Of a stretch of DNA of 64,000 bases, positions 49,237 through 59,584 are shown piece after piece. The notes under the pieces were generated by a model that saw only the letters and a list, made by a program, of their open reading frames with translations, did no database searches and had not been told where the DNA came from. A program made the translations under genes and the position numbers. The stretch spans positions 2,150 through 66,149 of the forward strand of contig CBDUXT010000020.1 of NCBI GenBank assembly GCA_965371245.1, in the 5' to 3' direction. The DNA comes from an uncultured bacterium. GTDB taxonomy: Bacteria > Planctomycetota > Phycisphaerae > UBA1845. Positions within the stretch are counted from its first letter, which is position 1; each line of letters begins with the position of its first letter.

Positions 49237-50208
49237 CTATCGGCGTTTTGGTATCTCGCTATTCGGCGGCGCCACCTTTTTTCCGGTGACGACAAACAGT
49301 TCCGGCGCATCGCGAGCCCGCTCCACGGTCGTAAGCGGAACCGGTCGTACCGCGGCAAACCCAACCGAGCCGAGGTGATCGATCAGTTCCTCGGGGTCAA
49401 ACCCCCACCAGCGATCCTGCATGCGCTCGCGGAACGCCTCGCCCCGGTGCGACATCTGTTCAACGATCAGGATGCGCCCCCCGGGGCGCACGACACGGCT
49501 CAACTCCGCCAGGGCGTCCCTAGGCGCCGGGACGTGGTGAAGCACCAGCGACGCAATCGCCAAGTCCACCGAGGCGTCAGACACCGGCAGCACGGCGAGG
49601 TCACCGCCCCGTAAGTCAACGTTGTCCAGCCCGTGAAACTCCACGCGGTGCCGGGCCGCATCCAGCATGCGAGCCACCGGATCCACTCCTATGACGCGCT
49701 CGAAATGACGGGCCAGGACCGGCAGCAGGTAACCCGTGCCGGTGCCGATGTCGGCGACGACCCATTCCTGCGGCAGAAGCGAGAGAAACGCTTCCAGATG
49801 AAACTGCGTCCCGAAGCTTTCCTCGCGAAGCGCGTCCCACTGCCGACCGACGCGATCGAAAAAGCGAACGCTCATCTGGCCGCGAGCGCGGATCACCCCG
49901 TCGAGACGCGCCCGGACCGATACGGGAAGCGGCTGTTCCTTGAGCCACTCCAGCAGGCGCGCCGACAGATCGCTTCCGCTCCCACCGTCCGAGGTCTGGT
50001 GGACGGAGTAGAGCACGGTGTTCCCGTCGCGCCGATCTCGGATCAACCCGGCTTCGCGAAGCACGCGCAGGTGCCGCGACACCGTCGACTGCGGTTGGCT
50101 GAGCACCTCGACAAGCTCCGAGACGTTGAGCTCGTGAGCGTGCAGCACCGTCAGTACGCCCCGTCTGGTGCCGTCGGCCACAGCTTTGAGAACGACCTCG
50201 GCGTCCAT
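49237..50208 (-). CDS. ArsR-HTH plus SAM-methyltransferase-domain regulator (SahR-like)
   Basis: PQSTVSRHLRVLREAGL HTH; ADIGTGTG, LVLHH, PGGR; directly upstream of ahcY. Confidence 0.88.
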   Translation of the reverse strand: MDAEVVLKAVADGTRRGVLTVLHAHELNVSELVEVLSQPQSTVSRHLRVLREAGLIRDRRDGNTVLYSVHQTSDGGSGSDLSARLLEWLKEQPLPVSVRARLDGVIRARGQMSVRFFDRVGRQWDALREESFGTQFHLEAFLSLLPQEWVVADIGTGTGYLLPVLARHFERVIGVDPVARMLDAARHRVEFHGLDNVDLRGGDLAVLPVSDASVDLAIASLVLHHVPAPRDALAELSRVVRPGGRILIVEQMSHRGEAFRERMQDRWWGFDPEELIDHLGSVGFAAVRPVPLTTVERARDAPELFVVTGKKVAPPNSEIPKRR

Positions 50209-50232
50209 CAGCGTCGGTATCCTACATACGCC

Positions 50233-50280
50233 ATGAAAATCCGTTCATCCGGATCATAGGATATATTGTCCTGCTGTCAA
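50233..50280 (-). promoter_or_regulatory. Promoter TTGACA-N16-TATGAT and downstream palindrome ATGAA-N6-TTCAT (putative SahR-like operator)
   Basis: -35 at 50280-50275, -10 at 50258-50253, palindrome at 50233-50248. Confidence 0.6.
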
Positions 50281-50423
50281 CCCGTTTCCAGCCGATAATT
50301 CTTGTGCCATTGGGCGCCTCGAGGTTTTCTTTGACCCTGGACAGTCGCGCGGCGATGATTTGGGTAGGATTGCCCGCATGGACACCCGTCCGATAAGCGG
50401 GCAGAAAGTGAGGAACTCTCGTC

Positions 50424-51074
50424 GTGTCCGGGCGTCCAATTCAACGGAGCGAGGCATCGCCTGAGCGCGGTTCTCGTCCGATCCTCCTGGAGGACGTCAA
50501 GCTCATCGACCGTATCAACGCCGGCGAGACGGATGCCTATGGAGTGCTGGTGCATAAGTACCAGGACCGCGTGTTTAACACGTGCTGGCGGATCTGCGGG
50601 CATCTCGAGGACGCCCGTGACCTCACCCAGGATGCGTTTCTCAAGGCGTTTGAGCGTCTCAAGGACTTTCGTCAGCAGAGCGGTTTTTACACCTGGGTGT
50701 TCCGCATCGCGGTCAACCTGGCGCTCACGCATCGACGAACGGCCGCTCGACGGCGAACGGTTTCGCTTGACGACGCCTTCGGGGCGGCGGGGACGCAGGC
50801 GGAGGCACTCGCGCATCGTGTGGCCGGCGGCGTCGGGGACGATCCCGCCCGGGCGGTCGGCGAGGCCGAGATGCACCTGATCGCGGCCAAGGCGCTGATG
50901 GCGCTGGACGACGATGCTCGCGCGGTCGTCGTGCTTCGTGACATCGAGGGGTTTGGCTACGATGAGATCGCTAAGATTCTGGAAATACCCCGCGGCACGG
51001 TGAAGTCTCGGCTTCATCGGGCACGGTTGGCTCTTTGTCAGGCCGTTCGACCATCGGCGGCGCGTGACACATAG
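50424..51074 (+). CDS. ECF RNA polymerase sigma factor (SigW/RpoE-like)
   Basis: DARDLTQDAFLKAF, FYTWVFRIAVN, VVLRDIEGFGYDEIA..GTVKSRLHRAR. Confidence 0.93.
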   Translation: MSGRPIQRSEASPERGSRPILLEDVKLIDRINAGETDAYGVLVHKYQDRVFNTCWRICGHLEDARDLTQDAFLKAFERLKDFRQQSGFYTWVFRIAVNLALTHRRTAARRRTVSLDDAFGAAGTQAEALAHRVAGGVGDDPARAVGEAEMHLIAAKALMALDDDARAVVVLRDIEGFGYDEIAKILEIPRGTVKSRLHRARLALCQAVRPSAARDT

Positions 51075-51087
51075 GACCGTAAGGCTC

Positions 51088-52791
51088 ATGGGCGACATGG
51101 ATCAAGACAAGCTCGGCGAATGGCTGTCTGCCTACCTCGACGGCGAGCTCGACGCCGAAGAGCGTGCGCTCGTCGATCGCCTTCTGCGCGATGACGAAAC
51201 CGCTCGCCATCTATATGACGAGCTGCGGCGAAGCGTCTCCTTGATCTCCTCGCTTCCGCGTCAACCGGCCCCACCTTCGATTGCCGAAGACGTTCAAGCC
51301 CACGCCGAACGGGCAACACTGTTGGGTGACACCGAGTTGTCATCTGTGGCTCCGCAGGCGGAACCTCGGTCGCGATCGCCGTTCCTGCGAATCCTGAGCA
51401 TGGCGGCCATGGTGGGTCTGGTGGCCGTGGGCACCTGGTACGTATCGACGGAAGTCTCCGACCCGGTGGGCACTGGGCAGCAGGTGGCTATGGTGACGGA
51501 GAACCGCGCCCTGGCACCCGTCGAAAAAGAGGAGGCTAAGCGTGGCGCAGCCGCCGAGAAGACCGACGGGTCGGTCGTTGGTGACCTTGGACAGGATCTC
51601 GTCGCCGCGGCCGGCTTTGGGCAGAAGCTGCGAAACGGCATGGGCATCGACGCGGTATTGACGCATCCGTTCGCCAATGAGGTCGTACACTTGCAGGTGG
51701 CGGTGGCCGGCGAGTCGAATCGGGACACCGTGACTGCGAAGCTGGTGGCTTACCTTGAGGGTGGCCGCTCGATTGACCTTCGCGAAATCACGCTCGGAGC
51801 GGACAAGACCGCGCGTGGGGTCTCAAAGGGTGCCTACCACTACGAAGGCAAGGACGGGAAGAACTTTTCGAACGAGGGCGAGCGGCAGATTCTCATTCGG
51901 GCGACCCGCGAACAGCTCGACGGGCTACTCGATGAGCTGGCCCGCGCGACGGGCGACAGCGACCGAATCGCGTTGTCGGCGGGTCCCCTCTCTATGAAGG
52001 GTGTTGCGCGGTCGCGGGCGGCGCTGTATGGCCTTGAAGCGTCCCCACAGTTCGCATACACCACATCCGACGATGTCGGCTCAAGCGTTCCACAACGAAC
52101 CGAGTTGGACGTCGCGCCCAGGCAAAACGAAGCCGTGCCACCCGGAGGCCTGCTCGAAGGGGTTCTCCGCGTCGCCGGTATCGATCCTGGGATGTTCCGC
52201 GACTTGGCCGCGGAGTCGGCCAAGCCCGCGGCGCCGGGAAGCTCAACAGCCTCGCCCGGCTCACCGACCGATGCGCTGGAGGTTCACCGAACCGTCGGGG
52301 CCAACCGTCCATCCACGAGCGCTGCTTCCGGCGAGCTTGCCTCGACGGCCGCTCCGTCCGGGGAGCGCTTCGCCGGCAGACAAGGGACCGCCTTGGCGCG
52401 CGAGTCGTTCCAACGTGGACGCGCGCAGCCCAAACGGGTCGTGTCCAGCAAGAGCAAGCGTCGCACTGATGCAGGTTCGAAGAAGGAGGCCGGCGCGTCC
52501 TGGCGCGACGAGACGTCGTCGTTGGTCGATCGCCGCATGGCGGTGCTCGATCAGGCCCGGGGGTCCCGGGCGACACGAACCCGTCCCCGCGACGTCGGCG
52601 AGTCGCATATCGATCTGGCGGCACCGCTCTTGAAAGACTCGCCCACCATGCTCGATCGGCTTGAGGCCGCGCCGATCGACGAGTACATCATCCTGGTCGT
52701 TCGGGTTGTGCCGTTGCCTCAGGATTCGGGGCGCAAGCCGCCGCGAGCCAACCCAAGAACCCAGCCGAAGCCGCGTGGGCCTGCCAAGTAA
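51088..52791 (+). CDS. Anti-sigma factor-like membrane protein
   Basis: LSAYLDGEL N-terminal domain, single TM, large extracytoplasmic region. Confidence 0.78.
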   Translation: MGDMDQDKLGEWLSAYLDGELDAEERALVDRLLRDDETARHLYDELRRSVSLISSLPRQPAPPSIAEDVQAHAERATLLGDTELSSVAPQAEPRSRSPFLRILSMAAMVGLVAVGTWYVSTEVSDPVGTGQQVAMVTENRALAPVEKEEAKRGAAAEKTDGSVVGDLGQDLVAAAGFGQKLRNGMGIDAVLTHPFANEVVHLQVAVAGESNRDTVTAKLVAYLEGGRSIDLREITLGADKTARGVSKGAYHYEGKDGKNFSNEGERQILIRATREQLDGLLDELARATGDSDRIALSAGPLSMKGVARSRAALYGLEASPQFAYTTSDDVGSSVPQRTELDVAPRQNEAVPPGGLLEGVLRVAGIDPGMFRDLAAESAKPAAPGSSTASPGSPTDALEVHRTVGANRPSTSAASGELASTAAPSGERFAGRQGTALARESFQRGRAQPKRVVSSKSKRRTDAGSKKEAGASWRDETSSLVDRRMAVLDQARGSRATRTRPRDVGESHIDLAAPLLKDSPTMLDRLEAAPIDEYIILVVRVVPLPQDSGRKPPRANPRTQPKPRGPAK

Positions 52792-52905
52792 TTCGCGTCG
52801 GAAGCCTTTCGCCTTTCCCGTTCCACCGCACCCGGCGCCGCCCCAACGGCAATCACGCATTGCCAAGACGGCTCTGTTCCTGCAAGATGCGACCCAAGTT
52901 GCGGT

Positions 52906-53808
52906 TTGTCGAGGAGCGTCTCTCCCGATCCGCATGGCGTGAACGCCCGGCTCCTGGCCGGCTTGGAGTTGAACGTGCCGGACACAACGCGCAGCAGCCC
53001 CACTCCTTCGATCACTCGAGACGGGCAAGGCGACGGGTCCGGCTCGGGATCTCCCATCGTTGGTGACATCGCGGCGTCAACCGCACCCGGCGGCTTGGAA
53101 CCCGCGAGCGAAACGAACCGCGAGGCAAAGGGCAGCGACGTCATGGAACCGGTGGGGCCGACCGGGGGGACGGGGCTTTGGTGGCTGTCGGTGGGCGTGG
53201 GCGCGGTCATCCTGGTGCCACTGTCGTGGCTCTTGTCCAACGCGGCGCTGCTGCCGTTTCTGCTCGGCGTGTTCTTCTACGTTCTGTTCGGGCTCGTGGT
53301 CGGGGCCATCATGCATCGCGTCGCCGCCTCCGGTCGGCCGTATCCGCGCGGCGCCGTGCTGGTGGGGACGACGATCGTGGTGCTCGTCGGCTCGTCGGCT
53401 TCCATTGTTTTTGAGAGTCGCGACGTCCCGCGCAAGATGGCCAACCAGGCGGCCGAGACGACCTTCTACATCGGCGATCAAACGGCGGAAGCGTTCCGGT
53501 CCTCCGTGCAGGCGGACATGCTCCGCGTACTTCGAGAAGATTATGTACCAGGCGGTGTGATTGGGTACGTACACTGGGTGCTCACCAGCGGCGAGTTTCC
53601 AGCGGACCAGATCACAGGCATTTCACGCACGCAGCGTGCGACCCAGAGCGGCATCCTGTGGGGGGTGCGTGTCGTGGTTTCCATCGCCTTGTTGGGTCTG
53701 GGAATCGGCTCACAGACTTTCCTCCTGCGATTGACGGCGGACCCGGCCGTTATTGCACCCCCCGACCCCGATCCGCCGATCGATGACGAGTCGCCGAAGG
53801 AGTCATGA
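52906..53808 (+). CDS. Hypothetical membrane protein
   Basis: About 4 TM segments; start uncertain. Confidence 0.6.
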   Translation: MSRSVSPDPHGVNARLLAGLELNVPDTTRSSPTPSITRDGQGDGSGSGSPIVGDIAASTAPGGLEPASETNREAKGSDVMEPVGPTGGTGLWWLSVGVGAVILVPLSWLLSNAALLPFLLGVFFYVLFGLVVGAIMHRVAASGRPYPRGAVLVGTTIVVLVGSSASIVFESRDVPRKMANQAAETTFYIGDQTAEAFRSSVQADMLRVLREDYVPGGVIGYVHWVLTSGEFPADQITGISRTQRATQSGILWGVRVVVSIALLGLGIGSQTFLLRLTADPAVIAPPDPDPPIDDESPKES

Positions 53809-54209
53809 TGGGTCAATCGGCCGGCCTTCCGACGTATGCCGTCGGCATCGTCGAACGCTACGACAACCATCTGCTCATCTTGGTAACCGAGACGAACCCC
53901 GAGCGCCCGCGTCTCTGGCAGTTCCCGCGCGGACCGATCGCCCCCGAAGAAACACCCGAGGTGGCGATGCGGCGCATTGCCAGCGACCTGCTTGGGTTGG
54001 AAGTGGAAATCGTCGTCGGGCAGCCGCCGGTGCCTTGCTGGCTTGACGATACCGAGGTGGAACTCAGGGTTTTTTTCTGCTGTCCGATCGAGGGAGAGGC
54101 GCACACGGACGAGCCGGTCGAACTTCGATGGGTGCCCAAGGCCCACTTGCGAGAGTACGACTTCGACGCCGCGTCTCAACCCGTCGCCGACTGGATACTC
54201 GAGAACTGA
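53805..54209 (+). CDS. NUDIX/MutT-like protein with degenerate Nudix box
   Basis: LWQFPRGPIAPEETPEVAMRRIASDLLGL, ELRWV, YDFDAA. Confidence 0.75.
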   Translation: MMGQSAGLPTYAVGIVERYDNHLLILVTETNPERPRLWQFPRGPIAPEETPEVAMRRIASDLLGLEVEIVVGQPPVPCWLDDTEVELRVFFCCPIEGEAHTDEPVELRWVPKAHLREYDFDAASQPVADWILEN

Positions 54210-54324
54210 ACGCGTCGCATGCGCGGCGCAGAGATCGTCCATCATAACGGTGCTTCACGCTTTGTTGATGCACAGGGTCATGCTGTTTATCATGCCGAGA
54301 TCGATCATCGAACCGCTCGAACGG

Positions 54325-54383
54325 GTAGGGCGGGCTATTGCCCGCCTTCTTGTGGTCGAACGGCGGGCAATAGCCCGCCCTAC
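54325..54383. repeat. Inverted GTAG-REP pair overlapping the guaA stop
   Basis: GTAGGGCGGGCTATTGCCCGCC ... GGCGGGCAATAGCCCGCCCTAC, perfect 22-bp inverted repeat. Confidence 0.85.
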
Positions 54384-55930
54384 TCCCACTCGATGGTCGC
54401 CGGCGGTTTCGAAGAGATGTCGTAGACCACGCGATTGACTCCGTCCACCTCATTCATGATTCGGTTGGCGATGGTTCCCAACAGTTCATAATCGACGTGG
54501 ACCCAGTCCGCGGTCATGAAGTCGGCGCTTTCGACAAAGCGGACGGCCACAACGTTTTGATCGGCGTAGCTTCGGTCATCGCCCATCACCCCTACGGTGC
54601 TCACGGGAAGCAACACCCCGAAGGCCTGGGCGATCTTGTGGTACCAGCCGGCCGTGCGGATTTCCTCGATGATGATGGTGTCCGCCGCCCGAAGCCGCGC
54701 GAGCCGATCGCGCGTCACCGGCCCCATGATGCGCACGGCCAACCCCGGCCCGGGGAACGGATGACGCCAGACCAGTTCTTCGGGCAAACCCAGATGCTCG
54801 CCCACCCGCCGTACCTCGTCTTTGAACAGGTCGCGCAACGGCTCGACCAGTTCGAAGCCGAGATCTTCGGGGAGCCCGCCGACGTTGTGGTGCAGCTTGA
54901 TGTTGGCGGTCTGGCCGCCGGCACCGTGCCCGGACTCGATCACGTCGGGGTAGAGTGTTCCTTGGGCGAGGTAACGTGCGTCCGGCAGCCGCGTCGCCTC
55001 TTCCTTGAAGACGTCGATGAAGGTGTGGCCGATGATGATCCGTTTTTTCTGCGGATCGCTCACGCCATCCAGTGCGTCGAGGAATCTGTCGGCGGCGCGG
55101 GCGATGCGAAGATCCAGCTTGAAATGATGGCAGAAAGTGGACTCGACGAAGTCGACTTCGCCCTCGCGCATGAGCCCGTTATCGACGAAGATACAGGTGA
55201 CCCGGTCGCCGATCGCCTCGCGAAGCAGTGCGGCCGTCACGGAGCTGTCCACCCCGCCGGAGAGCCCGCAGATCACGCGAGCGTCGGCGTCCACCTGGGC
55301 GCGAAGCTTCTCGATGATTCGCTGAGAGACGTTGCCGACGTGCCAGTCGCCGGTGCAACCGCACACGTCGTGGACGAAATTGCGGATGATCCGCGCGCCG
55401 CTGGGCGTGTGCGTCACCTCCGGATGGAACTGCACGCCGAAGAAGGGTCTGGTCCGGTGCTTGACGGCCGCGATGGGACAGCTTGCCGTCTTGGCAAGCG
55501 GGATGAAATCCTCGGACAGCTCGCTGACGATGTCGCCGTGACTCATCCAGACCGGCGTGTGCGTCGGCACGTGTGCCAGGAGCGCGTCGGCTTCGACCAC
55601 CTCGAGTTGAATCCGACCGAACTCGCGCGAGGTGGTTGCCTTGACATCCCCGCCCAGCAACTCGCACGCAAGCTGCATGCCGTAGCAGATTCCCAACACC
55701 GGCAGACCCATATCGAGCACTTCGGCTCTACACCGCGGTGCATCCGCCGCGTAGACGCTGGCCGGCCCGCCGGAGAGGATCAGCCCCACCGCGCCCTCGG
55801 CGCGGATTCGATCGACCGTCGCGTCGGCCGGCAGGATCACGCTGTGGACGTGATTCTCGCGCACGCGACGGGCGATGAGCTGGACGTACTGGGCGCCGAA
55901 GTCAAGGACGACGACCGTCGCGGGTTTCAT
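54380..55930 (-). CDS. guaA: GMP synthase (glutamine-hydrolysing)
   Basis: [50 protein letters not shown]. Confidence 0.98.
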   Translation of the reverse strand: MKPATVVVLDFGAQYVQLIARRVRENHVHSVILPADATVDRIRAEGAVGLILSGGPASVYAADAPRCRAEVLDMGLPVLGICYGMQLACELLGGDVKATTSREFGRIQLEVVEADALLAHVPTHTPVWMSHGDIVSELSEDFIPLAKTASCPIAAVKHRTRPFFGVQFHPEVTHTPSGARIIRNFVHDVCGCTGDWHVGNVSQRIIEKLRAQVDADARVICGLSGGVDSSVTAALLREAIGDRVTCIFVDNGLMREGEVDFVESTFCHHFKLDLRIARAADRFLDALDGVSDPQKKRIIIGHTFIDVFKEEATRLPDARYLAQGTLYPDVIESGHGAGGQTANIKLHHNVGGLPEDLGFELVEPLRDLFKDEVRRVGEHLGLPEELVWRHPFPGPGLAVRIMGPVTRDRLARLRAADTIIIEEIRTAGWYHKIAQAFGVLLPVSTVGVMGDDRSYADQNVVAVRFVESADFMTADWVHVDYELLGTIANRIMNEVDGVNRVVYDISSKPPATIEWE

Positions 55931-55941
55931 GGGTCATTCCT

Positions 55942-56895
55942 TCAAAAAGTCAGACGGAGCGCATCGAACAACGGGTCGTGAAGCCAATCGAGACCGCGCC
56001 ACCAAGCTGCGGCCGACACCGCCGCGATCACCGACGCTCCGAGTACGAAGAACCCGGCCACGCGTCGCCGGGTCCGCGCCGGAGCGGCCATCCCGAGCCG
56101 TGCCGACCAGAACCACCACATGATAGCACCGAACCCGGCCAGTACACCCGCGCCGATGACCAGCCCGCGCCTGGGCGGGTACCAAGACCACTGGGCCATC
56201 GCGCCGATGTACGACACCGGCGAAAGCCCCAAGACCAACGTGGCCAGGAAGAGCGGCACCACCCACGCGGTTCCATAGTGAATTGCCGCCGACATGCGGC
56301 TCTCACCGCGGTAGGCAGGCGCGTGAGCCCGGGTGACCCCCGCGCGAACGGCGTAGAGCGCCAGCCAGAAGAGAAGCACGCCGGCCGCGAACGACGTCAA
56401 AACGGCGATGCAGGATTGCCAGGGGTTCCACCACAGGTCCACGCTGATTTCGGGTGCGAGGTTTGATGGAAGCGGTCGCGGCGCGGCGGCCACGTGAATC
56501 CAACCGTCGCCGGCCGGCTGCGTCGAGCCCGACGACTCGGTCGCGGCGGATTGCGTCACCCAGCGCCATCCGACCTGCGTGCCCTGGAACAGACTCAAGC
56601 CGAGCGCCAGCAGCAAGACGTTCAGCCAGGCGAACCGGCGCGATGCGGCCGACGAACGCATCAGCGCCAAATGCTTGAGCCGCTCGGCCCCGGAGAACCA
56701 GACCCACTCGCCCATCCGCTGCCACCCCGATTGACCGAAGGAATAGGCCCTCGCATAGGGCGTGACGTCCTGGCCGGTGACGCGGTCGTCGTGAAAGTCG
56801 AACGAGCAAAGCGGACAGTGGGATGGGACGGGCGGCGTCAGACGTTGCCCGCACGCCGGGCAACGACGGACCGATGTGCGGGTGGGGGTCATCAT
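55942..56895 (-). CDS. Zinc-ribbon membrane protein
   Basis: CPAC..CPLC then about 5 TM helices. Confidence 0.7.
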   Translation of the reverse strand: MMTPTRTSVRRCPACGQRLTPPVPSHCPLCSFDFHDDRVTGQDVTPYARAYSFGQSGWQRMGEWVWFSGAERLKHLALMRSSAASRRFAWLNVLLLALGLSLFQGTQVGWRWVTQSAATESSGSTQPAGDGWIHVAAAPRPLPSNLAPEISVDLWWNPWQSCIAVLTSFAAGVLLFWLALYAVRAGVTRAHAPAYRGESRMSAAIHYGTAWVVPLFLATLVLGLSPVSYIGAMAQWSWYPPRRGLVIGAGVLAGFGAIMWWFWSARLGMAAPARTRRRVAGFFVLGASVIAAVSAAAWWRGLDWLHDPLFDALRLTF

Positions 56896-56996
56896 CGCCT
56901 GGTCGCAGTCGTCGTCGGGTCCGGCGCGGTCGCCGACTTGGGTGCGGTGTTGCGGCGAACGGTCCGGCGATGTTCAGGCAAGTCGTTCAGACGCGG

Positions 56997-57157
56997 GTGC
57001 CGTTTCCAAGAACGCTCTTCCGTTTTTCGAATGGCATGCCCAGGCCGGAGGCGCGGGCATGGGTCGGCCCACCCAGCACTTGGCCGCGCTGCGCTTGGCC
57101 ATGCCACCCAACGACCGGGGCCGCGCAAATCGAGCCACCTCTCTGGAAACGGCACTA
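56997..57157. repeat. ~125-bp dispersed repeat, copy 2, bounded by a 12-bp inverted repeat GTGCCGTTTCCA (MITE-like)
   Basis: GTGCCGTTTCCA at 56997-57008 and TGGAAACGGCAC at 57144-57155. Confidence 0.7.
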
Positions 57158-57685
57158 ACTACCTGACGGTTTCGCCGCCTCCTTTGTTTCCGATGCCGGT
57201 TCGGTGAGGGGGGACGCGTCGTGCGCCTCGGCCCCCGGAACGGAACGGCTCGGCTCGCCGTCACTTACCATCACACTCCAGGGCGGCGTCGCAACGGCGC
57301 TGACGGGATAGAGCGCAATGTTGGTCAGGAATCGACCCGTGCCGCAGACCCAAGCAAGGGAATCGACCCGCGTCCAGGCGAACTGGGTGTCGTCCCGGCG
57401 AGCCGCCTCGAAGGGGCCTTCGAACAGTAATGGGCCGTGGGTTACCGATCCGTCCTTCGCGCGGACCTCGATCGCGGCGTGCGAGCGCGTCGATTGGGCA
57501 CGCTCGACCGGGGCGGCCAGCGCCGCTCGTGCCGACGGCGTCGTGATGACCGCCGGCGGGTACAGCTCATCGACAAAGGGGTTTTGAATGAGCTGACAAC
57601 CGGTGCTCCAAAGCCCGGCCGATGCGAGGACCACAAGGATCGACCGCCGGGCGGGCCGCGCGAAACTGAAGAGTGTTCTATTCAT
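57155..57685 (-). CDS. Putative lipoprotein
   Basis: [30 protein letters not shown] lipobox-like; overlaps the guaB stop. Confidence 0.65.
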   Translation of the reverse strand: MNRTLFSFARPARRSILVVLASAGLWSTGCQLIQNPFVDELYPPAVITTPSARAALAAPVERAQSTRSHAAIEVRAKDGSVTHGPLLFEGPFEAARRDDTQFAWTRVDSLAWVCGTGRFLTNIALYPVSAVATPPWSVMVSDGEPSRSVPGAEAHDASPLTEPASETKEAAKPSGS

Positions 57686-59168
57686 GGCCGTGTTCCATTC
57701 CGTAATTCGGAGATTCCTTGGTGACGCTGACGTCGTGGGGGTGCGACTCGACCACACCGGCCGTCGTGATCCGACAGAACCGGGCGCGCGTGCGCAGCTC
57801 CTCGACGGTTTGCGTACCGCAATAGCCCATTCCGGAGCGAAGCCCCCCGACAAGTTGATAGATGAAGTCGGAAAGTGGACCACGAAACGGAACGCGACCC
57901 TCGACACCCTCGGGCACGAGTTTACCCGTGTTGGACATTGATTGGCCATAACGCTCGGCCGAACCCTTCACCATCGCGCCCAGCGAACCCATGCCGCGGT
58001 ATTCCTTGAAACGGCGCCCCTTCCAGGTGATGGTCTCGCCCGGCGCCTCCTCGAGACCGGCCAGCAGCGAGCCGAGCATCACGGTGTCGGCGCCCGCACC
58101 GAGGGCCTTGGTGATGTCGCCGGAGTGACGGATGCCACCGTCGGCAATCACGGGGATGGAGACGGACGCGGCGACCCGGCAGACCTCCATCACGGCCGTC
58201 AGTTGGGGAACCCCGACGCCGGAAACGATGCGGGTGGTACAGATGCTGCCCGGTCCGATGCCGACCTTGAGGGCGTCCACACCGGCGTCGATCAGATCCT
58301 TGGCGGCCTCGGCCGTGGCGATGTTGCCGGCCAGAATCGCGATCGAATGCCGTTTGCGAATCTCTCGGATGGTGTTGATGACGTTCTCGGTGTGCCCGTG
58401 GGCGGTATCGACCACGATGACGTCCACATCGTTTTCGAGCAGTGTAGCCACCCGCTCGAAATCATGAACGCCGACCGCGGCGCCGACGCGCAGTCGCCCG
58501 CGCTCGTCCTTGCAACTGCCGGGGAACTGGCGGCTACGCTCGATGTCGCGCATGGTGATGAGCCCGGACAGCTTCCGCCGCTCATCGACGAGCAGGAGCT
58601 TCTCCACCTTGGCGTGTTTGAGCATCTCGGAGGCTTCTTCGAGCGTCGTGTTCGGCGGTCCGGTGACCAGATGCTCCGACGTCATCACGTCCCGGACCTT
58701 CAGATCTTCACGCTGGAGGAACTTCATGTCGCGCCGCGTGAGGATGCCGACCAGAATCCCGCCCTCATCGAGGATGGGCACGCCGGAGATGTTCTGGAGC
58801 GACATGAGCTCCTTGGCGCGGATCACTGGCGCGTCCGGGCCAAGCGTCACGGGGTCGAGAATCACGCCACTTTCGGAGCGCTTGACCTTGCGAACCTCGC
58901 GAGACTGTGCCTCGGCGCTGAGGTTCTTGTGGATGATCCCGATTCCGCCCTCCTGCGCCAGGGCGATGGCCAAACGGGACTCGGTGACGGTGTCCATGGC
59001 GGCCGACACGATGGGAATGTTCAGGCGGATGGAGGCGGTGAGCCGGGTGCTCAGATCGATTTTTTCGGGAAGGATGGAGGAACGCTGCGGCACCAGAAGG
59101 ACGTCGTCGAACGTAAGCCCCTCGGCAATGGGTTGTCGATCGTTGGAGGGGCACGGACTGTCTGACAT
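57678..59168 (-). CDS. guaB: IMP dehydrogenase
   Basis: [22 protein letters not shown] pair, [23 protein letters not shown]. Confidence 0.98.
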   Translation of the reverse strand: MSDSPCPSNDRQPIAEGLTFDDVLLVPQRSSILPEKIDLSTRLTASIRLNIPIVSAAMDTVTESRLAIALAQEGGIGIIHKNLSAEAQSREVRKVKRSESGVILDPVTLGPDAPVIRAKELMSLQNISGVPILDEGGILVGILTRRDMKFLQREDLKVRDVMTSEHLVTGPPNTTLEEASEMLKHAKVEKLLLVDERRKLSGLITMRDIERSRQFPGSCKDERGRLRVGAAVGVHDFERVATLLENDVDVIVVDTAHGHTENVINTIREIRKRHSIAILAGNIATAEAAKDLIDAGVDALKVGIGPGSICTTRIVSGVGVPQLTAVMEVCRVAASVSIPVIADGGIRHSGDITKALGAGADTVMLGSLLAGLEEAPGETITWKGRRFKEYRGMGSLGAMVKGSAERYGQSMSNTGKLVPEGVEGRVPFRGPLSDFIYQLVGGLRSGMGYCGTQTVEELRTRARFCRITTAGVVESHPHDVSVTKESPNYGMEHGHE

Positions 59169-59395
59169 GCGGCGGGCACCTTTCACCATAGCACCTGGAA
59201 CCCCAGCCTATGGAACCCCGGGCGGATCGTCAAGGGCGTGCCGCGGCGGTCGTGGCGGCAAGCGAAGACCCAGCCGATACGCAGACCCTGGACGACACCA
59301 ACTGGCTCGAGCTGTTCGGCCTCGACGATAACGGCACCGAGCCCTTCGACGGCTCGGACGCGATGCAGCCATGAAGCTGAGGGTTTTGTCTTTGA

Positions 59396-59493
59396 CCGAG
59401 CCGCGCCCGTAAGGAAGCGGTTGTCCCCGGGCGAACCGACGTCCCTATGTCCATCGACGTTGGTATGTCCGCTCCCTCACGGTCGTGGCTCGG
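59396..59493. repeat. Inverted REP pair CCGAGCCGCGCCCGTAAGGAAGCGG / CCGCTCCCTCACGGTCGTGGCTCGG
   Basis: Imperfect inverted pair; partial copy near 47532-47551. Confidence 0.65.
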
Positions 59494-59584
59494 AAAGAGC
59501 GGCCGGACGGGTGGCCCATTCATCGCGCAGCGATGGGTGGGGTCACGATGATCGTACCACCGAAGATTCGGTAGCCAAGAAGAG

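Noticed and set aside
54497-55981. 494-aa plus-strand ORF (also 47326-48786 and 57942-59165)
   Set aside because: Antisense shadows of guaA, ahcY and guaB
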